Shown here: positions 14,893-31,203 of the stretch, piece after piece
How the letters are laid out: the number at the start of each line of letters is the position of its first letter
Position numbering within the stretch: the first letter of the stretch is position 1
Origin: the human T2T-CHM13v2.0 reference genome, Homo sapiens
Length of the DNA: 64,000 nt
Assembly: GCA_009914755.4 (NCBI GenBank)
Contig: CP068257.2
Location: 19,296,001-19,360,000 of the forward strand
Reading direction: 5' to 3'
Program-made: the position numbers and the translations under genes
Notes under the pieces: model-generated
Databases searched by the model: none
What the model was told of the DNA's origin: nothing
The model's input: the letters and a program-made list of their open reading frames with translations, nothing else

Positions 14893-17800
14893 CAAAACTT
14901 GCTGGAATATTAATTGGGCTATCATTGAAACTGCTTATCAAAGCATGCAAAAATGACATGTTTATATCATTGAGTTTTCCCATCCCTCCATTTTTTGTCA
15001 TCTAATTTTACCCAGATATTTTTAAATTTTTATTTATTTTTTTCTTTTTTTAATGTTAGGGAGGGACTAAGCAGAAGTCAAAAACAGGTGCTTAGTCAGA
15101 AAGTAAGACTTGGGCATAAGAGAAATAAAAACCTCAATTGAAGATCTGATCTTCAGCTTCTACAGAACAAACTCCCTTTAGAAATTTCAATAATTAGAGA
15201 AGTTTCTCCTATTTGTATGTTAAAGAATAAGACACTGTCTGATACAATGACTTCAGGGGGTTGCCATGACCTTCTAAGGGTTATTTTCTGTTTGCATGCA
15301 AGGACTACTTCCCTTCCTTTCTAATTTCTTAGTCAGCTTGCTTAGTTTCCTTTGCTTTTTTCTTTCTTTATCTTTCACTTTTAAAGTAAGCTAACCCAAA
15401 TTTCCCCTGAGATCTACTAAAAATTTGATCCCTGCTACCAAATTCCACCCCACCAACCATCAAAAAGCCTTTTAGTACATAGTATGCCTGTAAAATTTCG
15501 TAAGAAATTCACCCTGACTCCAAACCACCCACCAGCAGGGCTGCCCACCTATTATTTTGTTATTCCTGGAAATTTGACATTTTTTGATGACAGAATAAGG
15601 GGAAATAACATTTTTAAATATATATAGCACGTTTGTTGCTAGAATATGGAAATACAAATAACTGGTTTACTTATGTAGTTTTCCAGGTTTCTGGTGACTT
15701 TATTAAACTCTTCTTAATTATAAGTGTTTGTCATTAAAATTCTAGATTTTCTACAATAAATTGGTGTCATCCACAATTAATTGCTATATTAACTTTTTCT
15801 TTCTAATTGTTTGCCTTTGTTTTCTTCATATTTTATAGTATGAATTCCAGTAAAACCTTGAACAGAAGTGGTGATGGCAGGTATGTTTTTTCCTCATTTC
15901 TAATTTCCAAAGAATACATGCAATTTAAAAAAAATGAATTATGTATTGTTTTTCTTTATTTATATGTGTGTGCATATGTGCATGTGTGTTTTTTCACAAC
16001 TTAAGAGAGTTTCCTTCTATCCCAGTTTGCTAAGAGTTTATGTCATAAATATATGTTGAATTTCATCTTTAATATTTCTGTATCTATATAAAATTATACA
16101 TTTTTCACTATTTTGTTAATGAAGGGGGATTGATTTTTCAAATATTAAGACATTTTTATAACTGAAATAAGCCCTAGTTGATCTTTATATTATCCTGTTT
16201 GAGTATAGATGCAGGGAATTTTTATTACAGTTTAATAGTATCAAACCACAAAATTACAACAAATTTAATTTTAAGCTGTGATTGGCTTTTATTTCTGACT
16301 CTGGAGTGGAGTAATACCTCAATCTATAAAATAGAAAAAATATTCTAAGGGGCTGGGCAGAGGAGATTCGATTTACACATAGAAGAGCACTACAGAAAGC
16401 GGAAACAGGAAACAATTAATTAGATTGGTCCTGTCAAAGTTATTTTCCTTATAGGGTTAAAACAGAGGAGACTTCCTTATTATGCTGACTCAGATTGACT
16501 AGAATCTCCTATTTTTTGTGAAAATTGGATCGTTTCAAAGTTCAATTTAACTACATGGCACTTAGCACAACTGACTCCATTCTGGTTTGGTGTGGTCAGC
16601 TGGGCATAGGGCAAGAGGCTAGTCCAAACGATGGCCTCTGATAAACCTTAGCAATGGCATATCTTTTTCTGCTTTGTAACTTAAATCTCTCTGTGTCCTT
16701 TACTTTGATTTGCAGCTCTTGTAAACAGTATATGGTTGTGTTTATTTTTAATCAAGGCTGACCATCTTTGATCTTTATTCTTAGTATTTAGTTCATATTT
16801 AGATGATTAATGATATATTTTGCATTCATGTCTTCCTTTCTAATTTTTTTATTTTACTTATCCCTTTTTATTTCTCTCCCCATTTTTTATTTTGCGCTAA
16901 TAAAAATTCTATTTTTTTATCTTTACAAACTATAAAAGTATTTAAAATGTTAAGGGTTAAACTAGAGATTATATCCTGCATCTTTGATTTATTATTACTT
17001 TTTCAAAATAGTTTTATTCTGAAATTTAACCAATCACTTGTTAATTCTCAGTTGTTTGCTTTTAATACAGTTTTGTTTCCAGAATATTTTCCACTTCACA
17101 AATGCTTTAAGATTTAATTATCAATATTCAAAATTAGTAATAGCCAGAGACCAGAAATCAAACTCCCCTCTGAGCCTTCCTTCAGAAGTTTGGAAGAAAA
17201 ATAATTGTTTTACTAGAAAATGATCTTTGGAGTAAAAGCAGGGAAAGAAGGGCTAGGACTGACAAAGACCAAGGCCATAAAAAGGTATTTGTTTTGAAAT
17301 TCAGACATAGCTAATTCCAACTAGCTTCTAGAAGTTTAAAAAAAATCATCTAAACAAAGAAAACCCAGAGAAGGGAATCAGAAATATTTTAAAATTTTTA
17401 GCTTAATTGATCCTATTCTTGATACATTCTGAGCTTACCACAACAGTTTCTTACTTTTCCTTATTTATAGGTTATCCTTTTCAACACCCTGCATGCACTA
17501 AATACTGCTTCTTCAATAATGTCTTTGCCATTTCTACTTACTACACCAGTGATATTTTCAAAATACTCATTTTTCTATTTTCCTAAAAATAATTCATGTG
17601 CAGTATCTACTTTAATTGAATTTTGTAAATTTCTAATTGCATATATCTTATCAATCAATGATATAATGTACTGTGTCAAAATTACTAATCATCCTGAATT
17701 TATCTAGAATGGGAATTCCAAAATTTTCCAACCCAGAATAGTGGCAAAGGGGACATTCCCTCTAATAGCTGTGGTGGTGATCGTGGTGGTAGATGCTTGT

Positions 17801-19429
17801 TTTCTAAAATTTAATATTGAATAACCGGCCTCTTATCATTTTAGTTTTACATTTTTGCGTTTAATAATATTTAAAAGATTTCCTTTAAAATGAAAATGTG
17901 GTTGCAAAACAAGAACTACTTACTAATAATTTACAAAATATTTTGTAATAAATTACAAAATAATTTTAGGATCTCACAATATCAACCATACTAAGATTTC
18001 AAGCTGCGTTTTCAGCAAATTAGGGTAAAAATGATTCAAAATTCTAAATGCTATCTTAGATTAAAACTTGAATACAACTGCATTTCTGTGTCAGGTACTA
18101 ATTTTATCTCTGAACTCCTGTCCCTGACTGTGCCAATTATGTCTTTTGTACTTATTATAGATCTATAGAAAAATTGCCTAATACATTCAGATAACACAAA
18201 ATTCCTGTAATTTTTTAAAATAAAATTGTGTGCACTTTGCATCTTTTGTAAGTTGAGGTTAAAGTATGATAATATCTGTAATTGGCATATGAAAGCAAGT
18301 GAATTAAAGCATTTATTTCTTTCCAATTACAAATTAAAAATGGCTTCCCATGGAAAAATAATAAACAATATGATATAGCAAAAAAACTGAAAGTTGTATT
18401 GACTGTGAAAGAATTAAATTTGCTTTTACAGGACATTTATTGTATATTTAACTGAAGATATTAAACCAAACACATTAAGTTAGAAAAGACCACAAGGACT
18501 TTAAAGAGGTTGCAAATTTTAGCAAAATATTTAGATGTAAAGCCTGTTTCTTTCAACATTAATAAATTGTCATGTTTCAAAAACTTTATTTAGTTTTGCT
18601 CTGCAAGTATTGGCACAAGTTTTTCATAACTTATCTAAGATATAAATATGAATTATTAGTCAAAATGAGAATTAAAATTCATAGCATTCCACTGACATGA
18701 CCAAATACTATATTTGAATCCATAACGTACCACTGAAATGGCCAAATATTACATTTTATAAGACTATAACTTACATTGTTTTTTAAAATAACTATGAAAG
18801 TAACTACTATCTTAAAGGGGGTATTTTTACTAGAATATTATTACATATCCTGGTAAAGATCTCCCCAACTTTTTTCATTATTTCCCACTACAATGTTCTT
18901 CCCTATGTTCACAATATAAAGAATAGCAGGTAAATGCTAACAGATGTCATCAAAAAACAAGAAAAAGAAAAATTTCGGCCCTATTGCTTTAGGTAAAGCT
19001 ACAAAGGTAGCATTTGATTGTTATTCTCATGATAAAGACATTAGGACAGGCTACATATTAGCAAGAGAAATTATTTCCATCACATAAATCTGTGACATAA
19101 ACACTATTTATAAGGTGTAGGAAATTCTGCATATGTTTAATTACTTTTATCCCGAGGCCTCAGTTCACCAATTGTCTTAATTTTCAGCCTAGACGAATTA
19201 TGCTTGTTTGTTCTAAATTTCATTCAGTTTTGGGCAGGATGTTTTGATCTTCCCCAGAAAAATTAAAAATTGAAAAATAACACTTGTCTTTCTATAACAG
19301 TACAATTCCAATTCCTTCCATTTCAATGAATCTCTGATTGGAACCTCAGGGTGGAATTTGCAGCATCCAATTCTGGATGTCTTTCTCATATATGGGATTT
19401 TTTTATTGTTTTGGAGAAAAAAAAATCTG

Positions 19430-19845
<416 letters not shown>

Positions 19846-21563
19846 AACAATAAAAAATGAAAGTTTGCATCTTTTGGCACAAGAGGTCTCACTGTACTTA
19901 AGCTTTTAGAGACATCTGAATGTATTACAAGGAAACTGTGCTTTATAATAGATGAAGAGGTAGTTTGTTATCCTGTAAGTTTACAAATGTTTACAGACAT
20001 GTAAAGGTTCCTTTATGCTTGAGAATTCAAAGTTGTCCAAGGAAACATATGAGTTTTCTGTCTTCCTTTATTCTAATAAAACAGGGACAAGAAGAAAAAT
20101 GTAGTATAAGGATATTGAACTTATTATTTTTAAAGACTTTTAAGAGTCCATAATTGTAGCATTTGCCTAATCACAATGGCCTTGTTTCTTCTGCTTGTTT
20201 GTTTTGCAAGTGAATAATCAAGTAAAGATGGTTATTGGTCTGCTCATTGTGTAATATATTTTGTAATTTAGGACTTTTAAAAATCTTTACTGAGAACTAT
20301 AATTGTGTATGCATGAACTGAAAACCACAAATTAAGCTGCTGCTTTTATTTTGACGTGACATAGAAATTCAGAGTATAATATGGGGACTGGGGCTTCGTT
20401 TCTCCAATCTAGAGTTATCACTTATGTCTCTTCTGGGATAAGCTATTTCATATAGAAATCAGTTTAACAAAAGTATCTTTCTGATGTCACTTCTGGAGAG
20501 ACTCACCCACATATGTGGGGTTCTTCCTTCAGTCAGTAACTCTGACATTATTTTCCTGAGTATTAAAGTTCATTACAATTCCAATCTCTCTCTCTCTCTG
20601 TGTCTCTCTCCCTCTAATTTAATCTCTTCTTGTCCTTATATAATATAACTTAGTATAATATAAAATTCTCTATTTAAAGTTTGTAGACTTTAGGAAGACC
20701 TTGTTTGAAACCTCATTCTACAATTATTAGATAAGTGTTATAGAGAAAGATCTGACTTTTGTTTTCTCATCTGTGAAACCAAAATACAGGACATGACATA
20801 CGAGTTTGTTGTGAGGAAGGAGATGTTCAATGCATTGTCCCTAGCATGATACCTAAAAACAAGAACTGGTTAATGAATAATGTATTCATCATTAACCTCC
20901 TTGTCTTATATTTTAATCACAGAAAACTTGTTATACCTATGTTATATGGTGTAGAAATTGTAATGAAGTGGTATAAAATATGGTAAGAGAGACACTTAAA
21001 TTTTTTAGATAAATGTTTTGCAGTAAAGCTTTTCATATTCAAAGACCTAGAATCTAGTTTTGTTATTTAATGAATGACACATTTTCCAATTAATTTGAGA
21101 AGACATCAGTTTAAGCCTCTAAGTAGCAAGACATCCTTTAACCCTTTACGACAGAATTTTGAAATTAAAGATCAGTTTGTTGCTAGAATATGTTTTCCCA
21201 ATTTTTAAAAAGACTAGAATAGTGATAAAAAGAAGAATGAAAAGGATTTAATTACCTTTATTTTACACTGTAGGGGGTGTGCAAAGAACTAAAAACATAG
21301 GGAAGAAGAAGTAAGAGGAGTTAATAAAAATAGTTTTCAAAGTAAAATTAGGGGTTATGCCTCAGTCAAAGAAAAATTTCAAAAATGAGTATAAAAGTGT
21401 CAGATACTAAGCCCTGGAGAAAATAAATTTACTATCAACAAATTCCACCTGTATTTTATGGATGATCAAACTGATGTTTAGAGTTTAAGTTGCTTGCACA
21501 AAGTGATAATAGTAGGTAATAGCAGAGCTAGATCTATAACTCAGATCCCTTAATATGTTGTCC

Positions 21564-21580
21564 TTTTTTTTTTTTTTTTT
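21564..21580. repeat. Poly(T) tract, 17 nt, immediately 5' of a sense-strand L1 ORF2 fragment
   Basis: ccttttttttttttttttttggcatgggcaagg. Confidence 0.9.
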
Positions 21581-22262
21581 GGCATGGGCAAGGACTTCAT
21601 GCCTAAAACACCAAAAGCAATGGCAACAAAAGCTGAAATTGACAAATGGGATCTAATTAAACTAAAGAGCTTCTGCACAGCAAAAGAAACTACCATCAGA
21701 GTGAACAGGCAACCCACAAAATGGGAGAAAATTTTCGCAACCTACTTATCTGACGAAGGGCTAATATCCAGAACCTACAATGAACTCAAACAAATTTACA
21801 AGAAAAAAACAAACAACCCCATCAAAAAGTGGGCGAAGGACATGAACAGACACTTCTCAAAAGAAGACATTTATGCAGCCAAAAAACACATGAAAAAATG
21901 CTCACCATCACTGGCCATCAGAGAAATGCAAATCAAAACCACAATGAGATACCATCTCACACCAGTTAGAATGGCAATCATTAAAAAGTCAGGAAACAAC
22001 AGGTGCTGGAGGGGATGTGGAGAAATAGGAACACTTTTACACTGCTGGTGGGACTGTAAACTAGTTCAACCATTGTGGAAGACAGTGTGGCGATTCCTCA
22101 GGGATCTAGAACTAGAAATACCATTTGACCCAGCCATCCCATTACTGGGTATATACCCAAAGGACTATAAATCATGCTGCTATAAAGACACATGCACACG
22201 AATGTTTATTGCGGCACAATTCACAATAGCAAAGACTTGGAACCAACCCAAATGTCCAACAG
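21581..22262 (+). mobile_element. L1 LINE internal fragment (ORF2 C-terminal, about 680 bp). Young-looking (L1PA-like) with an intact 236 aa reading frame, but truncated at both ends.
   Basis: ORF 21584-22294 translates …[14 protein letters not shown]…[84 protein letters not shown]…, a near-consensus L1 ORF2 tail. Homology ends at aaatgtccaacag. Confidence 0.92.
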
Positions 22263-23937
22263 TATGTTGTCTTTTTTCTCCTGCTCCATCATGACACTAA
22301 TAGCAAAAGCCACTAAACCAGCCACTCACTGCTCTCGGTGCTAAAACAACAATCCAAGTTCAAGAAGTATAGACTGAAATAATACAGTATCAGTCATTTC
22401 TCAAACTATGTTCCAAATAAAAGCAGGTCCTATGAAAGCCTTAATGGAAAGCAACAAGAGTGGCTTTGGATTCTAAAATATTTAGAAAACTCAAGTATTC
22501 CTCTCCACTACGTGCATTTAGTGTGTTAAGGGAGCAGAGACATCCTAAAGTAAATAAAACCATTCAAATTGTTATCACTCCTTGGTTATTATAATTAACA
22601 CATTTTTGTTTATGTTCATGCAAATATTGAATAAACAAACTAGACATTATTCTATTAAAGAATATGCTTTGAATAATGGAGCTCTTTGTCAATTTCCCAT
22701 GATTTGCGAGAACCAAACAAGAGCTCAGATTCAGAGACGATTATCATTTCTCTGACTTCCAGTCCTAATAATGATTTCCTTCCACATTTAGAGTTTTCCT
22801 TGAACCCATAAACTAGAATATTAGGGCCCTAGACTTTAATTTAATTTACTGAAATAATTTTATTGCAAATATTCATGTGATTTATTATGAATAAGATGCA
22901 CCATCTTGAAACCATTTAACAAGTCAGGCTTAAAGCACCTGTGTCGTGATTTGTATATTATATTTAGAGGCAACATTTTAAAGCAAGTCTGTGGGGACTT
23001 ATAAATGTTAGAACCTCCCAGCCGAGCCATAAAACTAATCTTCACTGATTTTTAAAATGTATTTTCTATTTGAACCGTTAGTATATAGAGTTTATTTTCA
23101 CATGGCACAGTTTATCTGAGTATTTTCGGGTGTCTCTCAGATCACAGTGTAATAATTCAACATCACTTAAATACAGCCCCTCTAGTGTACTGAAGGTGAT
23201 GTTACTTTTGGCTTAACTAGATTTTTGGTGCAGTGGAATAAATCTTAAATTTAAAATCAGGACACTGTGGTTCAAGTCCTTGCTAGGTCGAGCATCAATT
23301 AATGACTTAATGTCTCAGTTTATCATCAGTTAACGCTTTACAAACTCACTAAGTAATGAGTATCAAACAGATTTAATATGTAAAAGTTCTAATTCTCCAA
23401 CAAACATAAGTTGGCATTTTCATTATAATTTTGTGTAGACATGACCCTTCCATGTTCTGTGAATACCCTGAGAGAAACTCTAACTTTTTTGAGCAACCTA
23501 ATCCCATATTTATTGCCAGAATCTGAAGGGATACTAAAAATACCAACAAAAATGAGTTAGAAATGAAACAAGAAGAGTGATTAAAGCACATTTCCCAGGA
23601 CACATGCTTGAAAAGAACAATTTCCTGTTAACACTTGTATGTCCACCTGAAACCAAATGTAACTGCATCCATAAGTGCTCAGTGAATTTCTGTTGAACTG
23701 GGCTGTAGAAGGAATGTTGATAACAAGCTTTCAAAATACTTTAAAATTAACAACCTCAGTGACAGCCTTTTCTTTCTGATATTTACTACATTCTTTTAGG
23801 TTTAGGTTACCTGTTCCTTTTTCACTTATATAGGTTTCATTAAAGGAGTATAAAACATTATAAAAGCTTTATAGAGTCTTTGTCATTTTAAAGGAATTAC
23901 ATATATACAAGTTTGATGATTTGTATGTTATTCTCTT

Positions 23938-24107
23938 GCCTCACCCTCCTGTGTACCTGGAATTGTGCCTGGCTAATTTTTGTATTTTTAGTAGAGACAG
24001 GATTTCACCAAGTTGGCCAGGATGGTCTCAAACTTCTGACCTCAAGTGATCCACTCACCTAGGCCTCCCAAAGTACTGGGATTACAGGCATGAGCCACAG
24101 TGCCCAG
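23938..24107 (-). mobile_element. Partial Alu (5' roughly 170 bp, left monomer plus the start of the right), antisense
   Basis: gcctcaccctcctgtgtacctggaattgtgcctggctaatttttgtatttttagtagagacaggatttcaccaagttggccaggatggtctcaaacttctgacctcaagtgatccactcacctaggcctcccaaagtactgggattacaggcatgagccacagtgcccagc. Confidence 0.9.
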
Positions 24108-24809
24108 CAGAGATCATAGATATTAAGGATCTGATCATTTCTGAGGAGTCATAAAGTATCATCTCCATGTAGATAGATTTATTCAAATACAAGTAAAATA
24201 TATTTTACCTAGTGGAAAAATGGCCTATGTATACGTTGTCCAATATGTTAGTAGTTATGTGTGATTATTAAATTAAATTATTGAAAATTAAATAAAATGT
24301 AAAAATCAATTTCTCAGTTGCACAAATGACATCTCAAGCACTCAATAGCTATATATGGCTAGTGGCTACTGTATTGGAGAGGATCAATTATAGAACAGTT
24401 CTGTCACTGCAGAAAGCTCTATTAGATAGTGGTGGTCTTGTTAGAAAAAAACATACATCACTTTCATTTAGTAATCAGGTGGTAGATTCTAATATTCTAG
24501 TATAGAAACAGTTTTAAAATTTTTATCATTTAAATTTCTACTCATTCATTAATACTATACATTGTGCATTGTGGTGGAGAAAAGGAAGAGAAAAGTGGGA
24601 CGTAGTGATATTATGATATATAAATCCAATAACCTCCATTCATCTTTATGCGCATGAAATAAAGTATGTGTTGTATACCTGGGATACTAATAAAATTTTC
24701 TAAAAATCTATGGCTTTTGTTAAAAAAATATCTAGAGAAGTGGTTAGGACAATACTGTCACTTAATAAACACTTCTGTCTCTTTAATTTTTAAAACAAAC
24801 AAAAAAAAC

Positions 24810-27442
<2,633 letters not shown>

Positions 27443-30400
27443 AAAACGAAATGCCCTTAAGATGGCATGAAAAAAATAAAAACAATGAAACTAATATCAC
27501 ATACATGACAGTATAAGGATCAAATATTCATTCTATAAAAGTGCTTTTCTTCTATGTGATTTGCTACATTTTCATACTGTTTGTGCATTAAGCTTATGGT
27601 TAGAAAAACAAAATAATTTAAACTAATGTAAAAGGATTATGTATTATTCTTACTAAAATTGATTTAATGACCTAAAACATCCTTCTTTACTTGAGATTTT
27701 TCTTTATTAGTTTCAGCATTTTATCTAAACCTAGTATCTGCTCCATTATTAAACTGCTTGATGTAGCTTATATCTAACTACCTAAAGACACTTTCATACT
27801 TAGAAATTCTCTTTTCAAAATGCAAGACACTGAGGTTGTACAGTAATTTCAATCTGGCTGCTCATTGCCACATTTATGAAGATTTCAGCACTATTTTTAT
27901 TAGTATGTCCTGGCCTGCTAAAATAGCTAGGCAAATTTTTCTTGATATTTGAGATGATGACATGCTTTCCGTTCTCCTGGTTTAGGTGAAAAAGTAAAGG
28001 GCAGTAGAAAAGGCATAGCGATTATCCTGTTGTCTGTATGCGCGCACACACACACATTACATATGTAAAATATTTTTTTCTTTTTTATGTTTAATGTGTT
28101 ACAACCTTGGAGGACTGAATGTATTTTTCTCCTGTCTTGTCAGTGTCTAGTTATCCTAGTGTTATTACAATGAATAACACTTAAGTCACTAGCCTATTGA
28201 AATCATCGTTCAACATAGTTTTAACAAATCCTTGAAAAATAGTGACCTTAATCGTTGGATGAATTGCTAACTTTAAACTCAAATTGTTTTCATAAGAACA
28301 CTTGCTGGGTTTGTTGAGTGTTCTGCTTTCACATCACTGGCATCTTAACTTTCTGCAATTGGAAATTATGTGGGTAGGTGATGCATCGCCCTTGTCACCT
28401 CTATCCACACTGAGGTTTTTCTTCTCATGTTATCATTTGTCTTCATTCTTCAAGACAGTTCTTTATCCAAGTAGCTGTCTTTCACTTCTCTCCATAACGG
28501 TTGACCTTGTAGATTTAGTTTTCAATCTGGTCATTTAGGAAACGATTCGTACTGTAGGAAAATTATGTCCCCAATTTTCTCTGACAACTGTATTATTTTA
28601 TCAAGCAAAGCACTATCAGGTTTGTCAGATGTGCCCGTCTTCCTGTGATTCAGGCTGACTTTCTTTAAACGATTTATCACTCTCTGAATGATCTGTGTTC
28701 TCAACTCTGATCAGCATTTCCTGTTATTTTCAGTGTACCTAAATTCTGACAGAAAATAAAGCTTTCAATTTCTTTCTAATTGAAAATACTAGATTTTTCT
28801 CAAATAATGTGTTTCTCATATCTCTTGAATTTGTTATTGGAATAACTCTATGTTTTGTTGGCAAAGGGCTTCAGAGTGGATAACACGGTTTCACGTGCAT
28901 TATCTCATTGAGATTTACACTTTTTATATGGGTTACAAGACAGTAGTAAAGGAGGTCTTCAGTTTTGTTAAAAGATGATTTTCAAAAAAAGTCAAAATAA
29001 TTTTCAGAAAAAAATACGTAAAATGAACCCGTGTTAAAAATGTTATTCAATTTAATGAAGACATCACTCTTATATTTTGGTTAACTTAAACACTTATATT
29101 TGGTTCAAAAGAGCAACCAAAAGGTAGAAACATTTATAGATTGGGAATATTGAAATGAATTTGTACATAAAGGCAAAGTTGAGTTTTCCACAAAGTGGAA
29201 GAGAAAATTCGAACCTCAACTAGAATCAGCAGAATTTGCATGTTAACTGGCTGTGTACAAATTAGTTATAAAAGAGCTCAAAGACGCGAAAAACTAGAAT
29301 CAGATGACTCAGAAAGGTAAGCTGTAGGTTATTCAAAAAAATATAAAAAACAGTTTTTATAAATTAAAAAGTTGTTCTACAGTTTTTATAAATTAAAGAG
29401 CAATATTTGATAATAATAGTAACTTTCAATTACAGGCATATGGGTATTAATCAAAACAACTACTAATATAGAGTGAATTAAATTTATTGTAAGTTTTTAG
29501 GTCCAAATAAGGTATAAAACAGCCTATAAGTTTTATTTTATTTTATTTTTTCATGAACAGAATTCATGTCCACAATGCGAGTCTAGAAAATGCTCAAGGT
29601 AAGAGCTTTATAAATCATATGCTATGGCATCCTGATGTGTTCCAAATAGGCAAACAGGAGGGCCATGAGAAATTGGTACCCAGAATCTACAGGACACCCT
29701 GGTAGAGCCTAGGGGCAGGCAAAGATGATAGGCTGGTCACCACTAATAACAAGCAATCTACTTTGGGAATCAGAGTGACTCAAAAGAAGCAAAATCTGAG
29801 GTTGCATCCCACGGACCTTGCAGGTGATGCATACGACAGTGTGTGCCTGTGGCTAAGAACTTGCACAATGCTTGCATCTTTTTCAGCAGCTAGTTGCAAC
29901 ACTTGACTCTACCCTTTATAAATAAGAGGCCTATGGAGCTGTGGAGGAGAAGCTGGGGCCCAGGTGCCTAGGCAGTACAGTACGGAACTAAAGGTACAGA
30001 GGGTAGGAGTTGGGGATAGAGGTGGGAAGACAGAAGGGCTAAAACAAATGGTGACCTGAAGTCTGTGTCTTCATATATGTAAGACTTCTCTTCATTTGCA
30101 GCTATTATATTTTTAAGTGGTACACAGTTTAGCATCATGATTATTTCCTTATTACAACATACTCGTTGTTCCTTGTTAATTGCAAAGTTTTGATTTGTAA
30201 AAGTTTGCTTTGATTTGAAAATACTTCAAGTTACATAAAACATTCAAATATGTCTTTAGTGTAGAAGAAAAAGGGAAAAGCTATGAATTGTGTGAATATA
30301 ATTACAAATATTTTACATGGTTCAAAAATATTTCTTGTCAATAGGAATTGTTAAATCACTTCACTGATATATGTCCACTTCACGTGACATTATTAGATCT

Positions 30401-31077
30401 GATTCTTGGATCAATGAGGGTCTGATACATACATTCATCTGTTATGAAAACCTATTACTTTTATTAGTATACACCATGGAATTATAGTGAAGAGTATAGA
30501 CAGAATCTTTCGTCTATAATTTATATCTGTGTGACCCTTGGCAAAACATTTAATATTTATAAGACAGATTTCTCATATGTAAAATGAGAATTAAAATAAT
30601 ACCTGCTTTATAAATTTGTTATGACAATTGAATAAGTAATCCATGTAAAGCACAAGGTAAAGCTTGAAAAACTCTTTGCTCTATGAATTAGATATTTCAT
30701 TTACTTACTTATTTTGTAAATCTCATCTGCTTCAGGGACATGAAGGAGAAGATAGCATTTTACAGACTCCTATGAAAGGACACCTTTTAATCTCTCTCCC
30801 CATTACACTTAGGTGAGTAGTTGATATGAAGATGGACAAAATTAAAATTTAAAAATGTTTGAATAGCTATTTGACAATCATGATATGTAATACACTCACT
30901 ATAATTAAAAAACACACTCTGTAATAAACTGCCAAAATGTTTATTATGAATAATAAAAAGTAACAGAGACACTGATCAATTCCTATTGCTACCAAATCTT
31001 TCTGAAGAGGGAAATGACAAATTTCTGAAATCTCTTCACTTCTAATGCTTTAAAATTGAGCTTTAAAAAAAAGTTTT

Positions 31078-31203
31078 GGCTGGGTGATGTGGCTCACATC
31101 TGTAATCCCAGCACTTTGGGAAGATGAGGCAGGAGAATCTCTTGACCTCAGGAGTTCAAGTTTACAGTGAGCTGTGATCATGCTACTGCACTCCAGCTTG
31201 GAG
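31078..31203 (+). mobile_element. Alu remnant with an internal deletion (5' start joined to the 3' end of the right arm)
   Basis: ggctgggtgatgtggctcacatctgtaatcccagcactttgggaagatgaggcaggagaatctcttgacctcaggagttcaagtttacagtgagctgtgatcatgctactgcactccagcttgg. Confidence 0.8.

Noticed and set aside
21584-22294. The longest ORF in the track (236 aa), which could be read as a novel protein-coding gene
   Set aside because: It translates as the C-terminal part of L1 ORF2 (…[84 protein letters not shown]…). It is a truncated retrotransposon fragment with no start context and no full RT or endonuclease domains. It is not a cellular gene.
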